From an uncultured Bifidobacteriaceae bacterium (GTDB taxonomy: Bacteria; Bacteroidota; Bacteroidia; Cytophagales; UBA9547): a stretch of DNA of 64,000 nucleotides. The translations under genes and the position numbers were made by a program. The stretch spans positions 21,620-85,619 of the forward strand of contig CAZNHL010000007.1 in the NCBI GenBank assembly GCA_964572965.1, given 5' to 3'. Shown piece by piece: positions 38,333 to 46,776 of the stretch; within the stretch, counting starts at the first letter, position 1; every line of letters starts with the position of its first letter. The notes beneath the pieces are model-generated. The model saw only the letters and a list, made by a program, of their open reading frames with translations, made no database searches and had not been told where the DNA came from.

Positions 38333-40621
38333 ATGAAGAAAATTTGGCTTTGTCCCTTTTTAGTATCATCTTTTTATATAACCTCTTGTAAGGTCTCCGA
38401 TAAAAGTAAAGCAACTTCGAATCAGCCAGAAGCTGTTATTGAAACAATAGGCGGGAAATCTGTTACTACTTCAGATTTTAAATATGTCTACAATAAGAAT
38501 AATTCGAATTCTCCGGATGCTTATACCGATAAAAGTGTTAGGGACTATTTGCTGCTTTATACAAATTTCAGATTAAAAGTACAGGAAGGAGAGAAGCTTG
38601 CTTTAGATACCAGCCAGTCATTTAAAAATGAATTGAATGGATATAAAAAACAATTGGCTCAGCCTTATCTGAAGGAGAAAGAAGTTACAGACAGATTAGT
38701 AAAAGAGGCATATGACAGATCTAAAGAAGAAGTAAAAGCTTCCCATATTCTGATAAAGCTTGCTGAAGACGCAGAGCCTAAAGATACTTTGATTGCTTAT
38801 AATGAGATAATTTCTATACGTAAGAAGGCTATTGCCGGTGAAGATTTCGGTCAATTGGCTAAGCAATATTCCCAGGACCCTTCTGCTCAGACTAATAAAG
38901 GTGATTTAGGCTATTTTACTGCTTTACAAATGGTTTATCCTTTTGAAAATGCAGCGTTTACTACTAAACCGGGGGATATTTCGTTCCCGGTAAGGACACG
39001 TTTCGGATATCATATACTGAAAGTGTATGACAAGAGAGCTTCTCAAGGGCAAGTAAAAGTAGCTCATATCATGGTTCGTTACAACGAAGGTGGTTCTGAG
39101 GAGGATTCTTCTGCAGCAAGAAACCGTGTTAATGAAATTGCTACTAAATTAAATCAGGGAGAATCGTGGGATTTGCTTTGTGCACAATTCTCAGAAGATA
39201 CAAGAACTAAAGGGAATAAAGGTGAACTAGACTGGTTTGGTACCAACCAAATGTTCCCTGCATTTGAAGAAGCTTCCTTCAAGCTGAAAAACAAAGGAGA
39301 TATTACTTCTGCAGTTCAGACTCCTTATGGCTTTCACTTAATTAAATTGATTGATAAGAAAGGTTTGGAACCTTTTGAAAAAATGGAAGCTCAGTTAAAA
39401 ACAAAGGTGTCAAAAGATTCGCGTTCAGAAGTGAATCAACTGGCTTTGTTGGATCGTCTTAAAAAAGAAAATAAACTTGTAGAAAATAAGAAGTCTTATG
39501 ATTGGGCTTTAACAAAGGCTGATTCTAATCTTACAACAGGTAAATGGGATTTCAATGCTAACGATAAAGAATTAGGGAATTCATTATTCACTATTAATAA
39601 TAAGAAATATACAGTTGGAGATTTCTTTACTTATTTAAAGTCTAATCAGTCGGCACGTCGTGGACATACGCCTGGTTTTGCAATGTCTTCATTGTATAAA
39701 ACCTATCTGAATGCATCCTTGATCAGTTATGAGGAAGAGCATTTGAGTGAGAAATATAATGATTATAAAATGCTTGTAAAGGAATACCGTGATGGTATTT
39801 TGTTATTCCAGTTGATGGAAGACAATGTTTGGACTAAAGCTATCACCGATACGGTAGGGTTAAAGAAGTATTTCAGCGAAAATCGTGATAAATACAAATG
39901 GACTGAAAGAGCTGATGTTGTTATTTATAATGCAGCTAGCCAGCAAATTTTAGATGAAACCAAAGCTTATTTAAAGCAAAACCTGTATCCTGTTCAGGAC
40001 ATTAAAGTTGAAAGTATTAAGTTTAACAGCAAGGCTACTACATTGGCCGAAACAGAAACAAAACAACTGGATCAACTTGCTATTGCTTTAGCTAAAGACA
40101 AGCATTTATATGCGCAGCTGAATATTGAAACACCTAAGACGGAGAAAGTTGCTGTTTCTAAAAAACGTTTGGCAGAGGTTAAAACATATCTTAAGAATAA
40201 AGGGGCAGATACAACTCGTCTTACTTTGAATACTTTGGCTGGTCCGGCTGCTTTGAAAGAGCCATTGGCCACGTTCAAATTTTATTCAAATTCTAAAAAG
40301 GCATTGGAAAAACTGTTGAACAAAGGCAATGCACTGAACTTACAAATTACTGAAGGTAAGTTTGAGAAAAATGCTAATGAATTTCTGAACCAGACAGAAT
40401 GGAAAACAGGAGAAAGCACCGTTGATTTCAATGGCAGAAAGGTATTCATTATTGTAAAAAATATCGAAACTCCAAGAAATAAAGAGTTTGAAGAAACGAG
40501 AGGTCAGGTAATTTCAGATTACCAAAACTATCTGGAAAAGACCTGGATCGAAAAGTTGAGAAAAGAAAATCCGGTTGTTGTAAATGATGATCAGGTGAAA
40601 TCTCTGATCAAACAACAATAG
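38333..40621 (+). CDS. Periplasmic peptidyl-prolyl isomerase, PpiC/parvulin type (two parvulin domains)
   Basis: 762 aa with an N-terminal signal/lipoprotein-like region. Parvulin motifs: SHILIK...GDLGYF...FGYHILKV and AHIMVR...GELDWF...YGFHLIKL. Confidence 0.85.
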   Translation: MKKIWLCPFLVSSFYITSCKVSDKSKATSNQPEAVIETIGGKSVTTSDFKYVYNKNNSNSPDAYTDKSVRDYLLLYTNFRLKVQEGEKLALDTSQSFKNELNGYKKQLAQPYLKEKEVTDRLVKEAYDRSKEEVKASHILIKLAEDAEPKDTLIAYNEIISIRKKAIAGEDFGQLAKQYSQDPSAQTNKGDLGYFTALQMVYPFENAAFTTKPGDISFPVRTRFGYHILKVYDKRASQGQVKVAHIMVRYNEGGSEEDSSAARNRVNEIATKLNQGESWDLLCAQFSEDTRTKGNKGELDWFGTNQMFPAFEEASFKLKNKGDITSAVQTPYGFHLIKLIDKKGLEPFEKMEAQLKTKVSKDSRSEVNQLALLDRLKKENKLVENKKSYDWALTKADSNLTTGKWDFNANDKELGNSLFTINNKKYTVGDFFTYLKSNQSARRGHTPGFAMSSLYKTYLNASLISYEEEHLSEKYNDYKMLVKEYRDGILLFQLMEDNVWTKAITDTVGLKKYFSENRDKYKWTERADVVIYNAASQQILDETKAYLKQNLYPVQDIKVESIKFNSKATTLAETETKQLDQLAIALAKDKHLYAQLNIETPKTEKVAVSKKRLAEVKTYLKNKGADTTRLTLNTLAGPAALKEPLATFKFYSNSKKALEKLLNKGNALNLQITEGKFEKNANEFLNQTEWKTGESTVDFNGRKVFIIVKNIETPRNKEFEETRGQVISDYQNYLEKTWIEKLRKENPVVVNDDQVKSLIKQQ

Positions 40622-40642
40622 GTTCAAAGAAATAAAAAAGTT

Positions 40643-40676
40643 AAGCCCTTCGTCATTGGCGAGGGGCTTATTTTTA
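40643..40676 (+). terminator. Intrinsic terminator
   Basis: AAGCCCTTCG...CGAGGGGCTT stem followed by ATTTTT. Confidence 0.75.
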
Positions 40677-40748
40677 CTTTCCTGCCTGAAAATTCGTCCT
40701 TAAAGGGCGATTTACTATCTTTGAATTATTATTACTATATCGCGCAAA

Positions 40749-42149
40749 TTGAAAGCTTATAAATTAATTTACAGTTTCCTGGTTATAGCAGTTGCTATGT
40801 GGTCTGAGCAAAATGCTTATGCCCAGGATTCTACTGGTACGCAAAGTATTTTATTGGTTCAAAATCAAAAGCAGCCAAGAACACTGGTGCTTGATAAGAT
40901 TATAGCGAAGGTTGATAACCATATTGTACTTAAATCTGAGTTGGATGTTGCTTATCTTCAGTCAGTTGCTTCCGGCCAGAAGGCCAATAAAGACCTTAAG
41001 TGTGAAGTATTACAGAGCTTAATTATCAATAAAATGTTGATGGCTAAGGCTGATATTGACTCTATTTCTATTGATGAGAAAACAGTAGAAGATCAATTGG
41101 AGCGTCGTATGCAATACTTCATTTCTCAGATAGGTTCTGAAAAGAAACTGGAAGAGTACTATAATAAGTCTATTTTGCAATTGAAAAGTGATATGCGTGG
41201 TTCTGTGAAAGAGCAGATGCTTATTCAGAAAATGCAGGACCACATTACCGCTAAAGTAAAAGTTACACCAGGGGAGGTAAAAGCATTTTTTAATGATATC
41301 CCGAAGGATAGTTTACCTTATTTCTCTACAGAAGTGCAAGTAGGTCAAATTGTAAAATTACCTACCGTAAGCAAAAATCAAAAGGAAGTTGCCCGTCAGA
41401 AGCTGCTGGATATAAGAACACAGATTTTGGAGAATGGCGCTAATTTTGGAGAAATGGCCAAAAGATATTCTGAGGATTATGGATCTGCCCGTTTCGGGGG
41501 AGATCTGGGCTATATGAATAAAGGCGATTTGGTTCCTGAGTATGAAGCAGCATCGTTGAAAATGAAAGCAGGAGATATTTCTATGCCGGTAGAGTCTCAG
41601 TTTGGTTTTCACCTGATTCAGTTGATTGACCGTCGTGGTTCTCAGTTTAGCACGCGACATATTTTGATTAAGCCAAGCTCGTCTCAGAATGATGTGGGCG
41701 AAGCCATGAATTTCCTTGACAGTCTTGCAACAAAAATTTTGCAGGATTCTATTTCTTTTGAAAAGGCCGCCAAGGATTATTCTGATGATAAAATGTCTGG
41801 CGAGCAAGGTGGTATGTTTAAAGATACAGAAACAGGAAGCACATTTGTGCCTTTAGAAAAGCTTGATCCTGTAATTTTCTTCATCATAGACACCATGAAA
41901 GTAGGTAATATTACTAAGCCACAACCATTTAGAATGGCTGATAATAAAGAAGCTGTAAGGATTATTTATTATAAAAGTAAAGTATTACCCCATCAGGCAA
42001 ATTTGAAGGACGATTACCAGAAAATTTATAATGCAACAATCGCTGAAAAGAAGGATGAAGTGTTGCAAAGCTGGTTTGAAAAAACACACGGAGAAGTATT
42101 TATAGATATCGATCCGGAATTTAAGAATTGTAAGATCTTACAGGAGTAG
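40749..42149 (+). CDS. SurA-like peptidyl-prolyl isomerase
   Basis: 466 aa with a signal peptide, a SurA N-terminal-like region and parvulin motifs GGDLGYM...FGFHLIQL. Confidence 0.85.
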   Translation: MKAYKLIYSFLVIAVAMWSEQNAYAQDSTGTQSILLVQNQKQPRTLVLDKIIAKVDNHIVLKSELDVAYLQSVASGQKANKDLKCEVLQSLIINKMLMAKADIDSISIDEKTVEDQLERRMQYFISQIGSEKKLEEYYNKSILQLKSDMRGSVKEQMLIQKMQDHITAKVKVTPGEVKAFFNDIPKDSLPYFSTEVQVGQIVKLPTVSKNQKEVARQKLLDIRTQILENGANFGEMAKRYSEDYGSARFGGDLGYMNKGDLVPEYEAASLKMKAGDISMPVESQFGFHLIQLIDRRGSQFSTRHILIKPSSSQNDVGEAMNFLDSLATKILQDSISFEKAAKDYSDDKMSGEQGGMFKDTETGSTFVPLEKLDPVIFFIIDTMKVGNITKPQPFRMADNKEAVRIIYYKSKVLPHQANLKDDYQKIYNATIAEKKDEVLQSWFEKTHGEVFIDIDPEFKNCKILQE

Positions 42150-42155
42150 TACGAT

Positions 42156-43118
42156 ATGGAGAATAAAAATGAAGTTCAATTAGCTGATGAGTTCAGTCAG
42201 TCTTTTCAAAAGCTTACAACTGAGATTCATAAAGTAATTATAGGTCAGGACGATGTAGTGAAGCTTGTTCTGACTGCTATTTTTAGTAAAGGACATTGCT
42301 TGCTTGTAGGTGTGCCAGGTCTTGCCAAGACGTTGTTGATTCAGACAATTTCTTCGGCATTAGACCTTGATTTTAACAGAATTCAGTTTACTCCGGATTT
42401 GATGCCATCGGATATCCTTGGTGCAGAAACGCTGGACGCAAACAGAAATTTCAAGTTTATCAAAGGACCTATTTTTGCCAATATCATTCTGGCAGATGAA
42501 ATCAACCGTACTCCTCCTAAAACTCAGGCTGCTTTACTTGAAGCAATGCAGGAGCATGTGGTAACCATTGCAGGACAATCATACCATTTGCCGCCTCCAT
42601 TCTTCGTGTTGGCTACTCAAAACCCGATTGAGCAGGAAGGGACTTATCCTTTACCAGAAGCACAGTTGGATCGTTTTATGTTCAACGTACTGTTAGATTA
42701 CCCTTCTTTTGAAGAAGAAGTAAACGTGGTTAAAAACACAACAAGCGCTATAAAGCCTGTTGTGAATAAAGTAGTAAGTACGGCCCAGATTCTGGCTTAT
42801 CAGGAATTGGTACGTAAAGTGCCGGTAGCTGATAATGTGGTTGAATATGCTGTACGCTTGGTAAGCAAAACGCGTCCGAATACTGCACAAGCGACACCTG
42901 AAGTTAATAAATTTGTTGAATGGGGTGCTGGTCCGCGTGCATCGCAAAACCTTATTATCGGAGCTAAATGTAATGCTTTGATCAGAGGTAAATACTCTCC
43001 GGATATTGAAGATGTACAGGCTGTGGCTGTAGCAATTCTGCGCCACCGCCTTGTTAGAAACTTCAAAGCAGAGGCCGAAGGAGTAACAGTAGAAAAAATT
43101 ATCAGAGACTTGTTTTAA
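42156..43118 (+). CDS. MoxR-family AAA+ ATPase
   Basis: 320 aa with Walker A GVPGLAKT, Walker B LADEINR and ATQNPIEQEGTYPLPEAQLDRF. Confidence 0.92.
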   Translation: MENKNEVQLADEFSQSFQKLTTEIHKVIIGQDDVVKLVLTAIFSKGHCLLVGVPGLAKTLLIQTISSALDLDFNRIQFTPDLMPSDILGAETLDANRNFKFIKGPIFANIILADEINRTPPKTQAALLEAMQEHVVTIAGQSYHLPPPFFVLATQNPIEQEGTYPLPEAQLDRFMFNVLLDYPSFEEEVNVVKNTTSAIKPVVNKVVSTAQILAYQELVRKVPVADNVVEYAVRLVSKTRPNTAQATPEVNKFVEWGAGPRASQNLIIGAKCNALIRGKYSPDIEDVQAVAVAILRHRLVRNFKAEAEGVTVEKIIRDLF

Positions 43119-43121
43119 ATA

Positions 43122-43206
43122 GTAGTGGGTATTGAGATATGAGTATTGGGAAGTAGACGATTACTTTTTAATAACTCACTACTCATTACTCACTACCCAA
43201 TACTAT
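43122..43206. repeat. Two inverted, degenerate GTATTGA-type heptamer arrays around an AT-rich spacer
   Basis: Left array: GTAGTGG GTATTGA GATATGA GTATTGG GAAGTAG. Right array: TCACTAC TCATTAC TCACTAC CCAATAC. Confidence 0.7.
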
Positions 43207-43210
43207 AAAA

Positions 43211-43843
43211 ATGTTAAATCCAGTAGTAATTTTCGGAGCAAAAGGGTTGGGTAAAGTTGCTTTGGATATCTTCAAAAGCAACGATATAGTGGTATATTGC
43301 TTTTTGGATGATGACGCTGCATTACATGGGACTGAAGTTGAGGAAGTATCTGTAATAGGTGCTACCGACGACGACGGTTTCCTGAAACTGATAGGGCAGA
43401 AGTGTGATGCCTTTGTTGCTACTGATGATAATAAAGTTCGTAAGCACCAGGTAGCTATGCTGAATGAACGCCGTAAGGTGATGCCTGTTAATGCTATCCA
43501 TAAGACAGCTTACATTGCAAGTTCGGCAGAAATTGGCCATGGTAACCTAGTGAATGCACAGGCTGCTTTAGGTGCGTTTGTAAAACTAGGCAGCCATTGT
43601 GTGCTTCAGATGGGGGTACGTGTGGAACAGGATGCTGAAATAGCAAGTTTTGTTCAGATTGGTACAGGTGCCAATATCGGATCGGGTGTCATAATTGAAG
43701 AAGGTGCTTTTATTGGAGCCGGAGTTACGATTGTAGCCGGTGTAAAAATTGCTAAAGGAGCCCGCATTGGAGCCGGATCAGTAGTAGTGGCTGATGTAGC
43801 TGCCGGAAAGACTGTTTTTGGTAACCCTGCAAAGGAGGTTTAA
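43211..43843 (+). CDS. NeuD/PglB/VioB-family sugar O-acetyltransferase (hexapeptide repeat)
   Basis: N-terminal Rossmann-like FGAKGLGK and C-terminal left-handed beta-helix repeats (IG.G..I..G..IG). Confidence 0.8.
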   Translation: MLNPVVIFGAKGLGKVALDIFKSNDIVVYCFLDDDAALHGTEVEEVSVIGATDDDGFLKLIGQKCDAFVATDDNKVRKHQVAMLNERRKVMPVNAIHKTAYIASSAEIGHGNLVNAQAALGAFVKLGSHCVLQMGVRVEQDAEIASFVQIGTGANIGSGVIIEEGAFIGAGVTIVAGVKIAKGARIGAGSVVVADVAAGKTVFGNPAKEV

Positions 43844-43865
43844 TTAGAAATTAGATTTTAGAGAT

Positions 43866-43900
43866 GAGACAATAGACTTGAAAACCTATTGTCTCTTTTT
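43866..43900 (+). terminator. Intrinsic terminator for the acetyltransferase gene
   Basis: GAGACAATAG...CTATTGTCTC followed by TTTTTGTTT. Confidence 0.85.
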
Positions 43901-43904
43901 GTTT

Positions 43905-43933
43905 CATAGCCCCGGTTTAAACCGGGGGCTATG
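43905..43933. terminator. GC-rich palindromic hairpin (CATAGCCCCGGTTT/AAACCGGGGGCTATG)
   Basis: Near-perfect 14-bp palindrome with one extra G. It could terminate dprA transcription from the other strand. Confidence 0.6.
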
Positions 43934-44000
43934 AATGGTCTTCTGGATTGTGAAGTGAAACTTATCTAAGCATCTAAAATCTAATTTCTAGTATCTTTTT

Positions 44001-45104
44001 CTAGGCTAGTTTAAACTTTTTCCCTGGTAAAGCCTTTACGATATTTCGGAACTCCATAGGCAACAGGAGAGAAGCGGTCTGGTTGATGCTGATCTGAGCT
44101 TTCCAGCTTAATTCATCAATATGTATTTCCATACCATCGGCCATCACCTGGTAAAGTTTCAATTCTTCTTCCGTTAAGTCTTCAGGAATAGTTTTTGTAC
44201 CTTTTTTCTTCGAATGAATAATATCCCAGTTCAATAGCTTAACCACATCATCGGGAGAAGAAAGTATATGAGCTTTATGGTCTCTGATAAGGTTATTACA
44301 GCCTGCGGAATAAATGTCACCGATTCTTCCTGGTACAGCAAATACCTCCCTGTCGTAGCCATTAGCTATGTCGGCAGTTATTAATGCTCCCCCTTTTTCA
44401 GCAGCTTCTACTACAATAACAGCATCGCACATACCTGCAACAATTCTGTTGCGGGCAGGAAAGTGGCCTGTTTCCGGATTTGTACCAAAAGGGTATTCCG
44501 TAAGTAAACCACCACCCTGAGCAACCATTTCCTCGGCAGTTCTGCTATGTTGCGACGGGTATATTTTATCAATCCCGTTAGCCATTACGCCAATGGTAGG
44601 CAAATTACTTTTGAGAGATGCCCTGTGTGCAATAATATCAATACCGTAAGCCAGCCCGCTTACAATAAGCGGTTGTTGTACCTGTAGTGTATCAATAATT
44701 TTTTCAGTGATCTCTTTTCCATACTGAGTAGATTTGCGCGTACCTACAATGCTGATAACTTTAGTATGGTTGAGGTTTGCTGTGCCCTTGTAATAAATCA
44801 GTACAGGAGAGTCGGGTATTTGTTTTAATCTGTGAGGATAGTCATGGTTTAAATAAAAAAGTAGTTTAACATTTTCCAGCTGGGCTTTTTTCAGGACTTG
44901 TTCGGCGGCAATTAAAACATCTTTGTGGTTGATAATGTTGTCTGCGAGTTTTTCCCCGATGTTAGGGATGGAAAGTAATTTTTTCTTAGAACTCTTAAAA
45001 ATTTGTTCTGCAGATCCACAATAGCTGATTAGTTGTTTGGCTAAACCGTCACCAATGCCGGGGATCATAGTGAGCCCCGGCTCGTAGACGTTATTCTCGT
45101 TCAT
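44001..45104 (-). CDS. dprA: DNA-processing protein DprA
   Basis: 367 aa with GTRKST.YG...SGLA.GID..AH...G.TIGV and a Rossmann-fold core. Confidence 0.9.
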   Translation of the reverse strand: MNENNVYEPGLTMIPGIGDGLAKQLISYCGSAEQIFKSSKKKLLSIPNIGEKLADNIINHKDVLIAAEQVLKKAQLENVKLLFYLNHDYPHRLKQIPDSPVLIYYKGTANLNHTKVISIVGTRKSTQYGKEITEKIIDTLQVQQPLIVSGLAYGIDIIAHRASLKSNLPTIGVMANGIDKIYPSQHSRTAEEMVAQGGGLLTEYPFGTNPETGHFPARNRIVAGMCDAVIVVEAAEKGGALITADIANGYDREVFAVPGRIGDIYSAGCNNLIRDHKAHILSSPDDVVKLLNWDIIHSKKKGTKTIPEDLTEEELKLYQVMADGMEIHIDELSWKAQISINQTASLLLPMEFRNIVKALPGKKFKLA

Positions 45105-46026
45105 GTTTAGATGCGATGTTGTGAAAATTTTCTGTTTTGGGGTCGTATTTCTTTACGTTTTTCTCATAAAGCATTTGAATGACACCATCTTTCAAGCCTA
45201 CATCCGGTACAAGCATAGACGATGCTTTTGCCCATTTCATCACCGAAAGGTAAATTTCAGATGCAGGAACAATCACATCAGCCCTGTCAGGGTTCAGCAT
45301 CAGTACATTGATACGCTCTTCCAGTGTAAAGCTTTTTAAGTAGTCTATGGTCTTTTCAATCTGCGTTCTTGAAATGATTCTGGTTTTTTTATTCGGAGAA
45401 GCCAGGTCATGGATTTTACCAATGTTACCGCCTGTACCTACACAAATAATAGGTCCGTTTATTTTAGGTAGTTTACGCATTACCCACTCATTCATTTCCT
45501 CCCAGGTTTCAGGAGTGTCTTTGCCCTGTAAACGGCGTACAGAGCCTATTTTGAATGATTCAGAAGCAATTTTTCGATGGTTTACATAAAAGTTGAGTTC
45601 AGTGCTACCGCCACCTACGTCAATGTGCAGATAATTTCTGTCGTCAAGCGATTTGAAAATAACATTGTTGATATATTCGGCTTCCAGTGCACCGTCAATC
45701 ACATTAATTTTTACCCCCAATTCTTTCCATACCCTTGAAACGATTTCAGGGCCGTTACTGCTTTCGCGCATAGCCGATGTAGCACAGATCATGTAATCAT
45801 CCACCTCATAAAGCTCAAACAGTAATTTGAAGGTTTGAAGGAGCTTTACAAACTTTTCCTCTTTTTCTCTGCTGATAGCTTTGTAATGGAACACGTCTTC
45901 TCCTAAGCGAAGAGGGAAACGGATATACTCCATTTTTTTAAAGCTGATATTATCATGGTATTTCAATACCGTAGTAACCTGAAAACGGATGGCGTTTGAG
46001 CCAATATCTACAACAGCAAATTTCAT
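45091..46026 (-). CDS. Ppx/GppA family phosphatase (exopolyphosphatase-like)
   Basis: 311 aa with FAVVDIGSNAIRF and DVGGGSTE ASKHA motifs. It overlaps the dprA start by 14 nt. Confidence 0.85.
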   Translation of the reverse strand: MKFAVVDIGSNAIRFQVTTVLKYHDNISFKKMEYIRFPLRLGEDVFHYKAISREKEEKFVKLLQTFKLLFELYEVDDYMICATSAMRESSNGPEIVSRVWKELGVKINVIDGALEAEYINNVIFKSLDDRNYLHIDVGGGSTELNFYVNHRKIASESFKIGSVRRLQGKDTPETWEEMNEWVMRKLPKINGPIICVGTGGNIGKIHDLASPNKKTRIISRTQIEKTIDYLKSFTLEERINVLMLNPDRADVIVPASEIYLSVMKWAKASSMLVPDVGLKDGVIQMLYEKNVKKYDPKTENFHNIASKHERE

Positions 46027-46037
46027 TCAGATGAAGG

Positions 46038-46547
46038 TTAGTATTTTGGAGTAAAAATCGATAATGCTGTATAAGTTTTGTTTTTATACACCAATGAGTT
46101 TGTCCCTTTTAAAGTAGAAGAACTTATTTCTTCAATTTTATAAGTACTTACAGAGTCACGTAAAATAGTGGTCAGCTCTGTTTGTTCTTTGTTGAAATAC
46201 CATTTACCAGTAGTCGCTTCAGACGGGTTGCATACCAGGCTTTCTTCACTTACAACCAGCGAACTGTCTTTGTTGAATTGATAGGTATTGTCTTTTTTGC
46301 AGGGAGGATTAATAGCATCAATAGAATAGATGTCGCTGATGTAATAACGAGTCCCAAGAAAAACAGTGTCATAAGGAGGGTCAATAGTTAAACCAGTTAA
46401 TAACCACGTTTTTGAGGTAATCAATGTTGTTTTGTCCTGTGTAGGAACAGGTGCGCCGCTACTGTTGTTGCGGTTATTACAAAAGGAGATGAGAAACGCA
46501 GTTGAAAGAACCAGAAAGAGGGAAAATAACTTATTAATATTGCTCAT
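46038..46547 (-). CDS. Small secreted/lipoprotein, lipocalin-like
   Basis: 169 aa with a signal peptide containing a Cys (LISFC). No strong motif. Confidence 0.45.
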   Translation of the reverse strand: MSNINKLFSLFLVLSTAFLISFCNNRNNSSGAPVPTQDKTTLITSKTWLLTGLTIDPPYDTVFLGTRYYISDIYSIDAINPPCKKDNTYQFNKDSSLVVSEESLVCNPSEATTGKWYFNKEQTELTTILRDSVSTYKIEEISSSTLKGTNSLVYKNKTYTALSIFTPKY

Positions 46548-46620
46548 GGTTCTTGTTTAATTTAAGTGTAACCAAATTTATAAAAAAAATAGCTTATCAG
46601 ATTCCGATACCAATATTAAA

Positions 46621-46677
46621 TTATCTGAAATTGACTATTCCTTGGCCAAGGTCCGCAGGAAGCGTAGAATTCAGCAG
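46621..46677 (-). repeat. Possible degenerate inverted partial copy (D) of the intergenic repeat family
   Basis: The reverse complement reads CTGCTGAATTCTACGCTTCCTGCGG...GGAATAGTCAATTTC. Copy C reads CTGCGAAATTCTACGTTATCTGCGG...GGATAGTCATTTC. Confidence 0.35.
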
Positions 46678-46776
46678 CATCAAAGGGAAACTATTACCTC
46701 TTACTTTATGCAAAATTGAGGAAAAACCTTTATTTTTGCAGTCCAAATTATCACTAAGACTGAAACTTAGAAGATC

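Larger units (their letters stand above)
43845..43990. repeat. 146-bp cassette bounded by 18-bp perfect inverted repeats (TAGAAATTAGATTTTAGA / TCTAAAATCTAATTTCTA)
   Basis: The two arms at 43845..43862 and 43973..43990 were read directly. The interior holds two hairpins. Confidence 0.85.
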
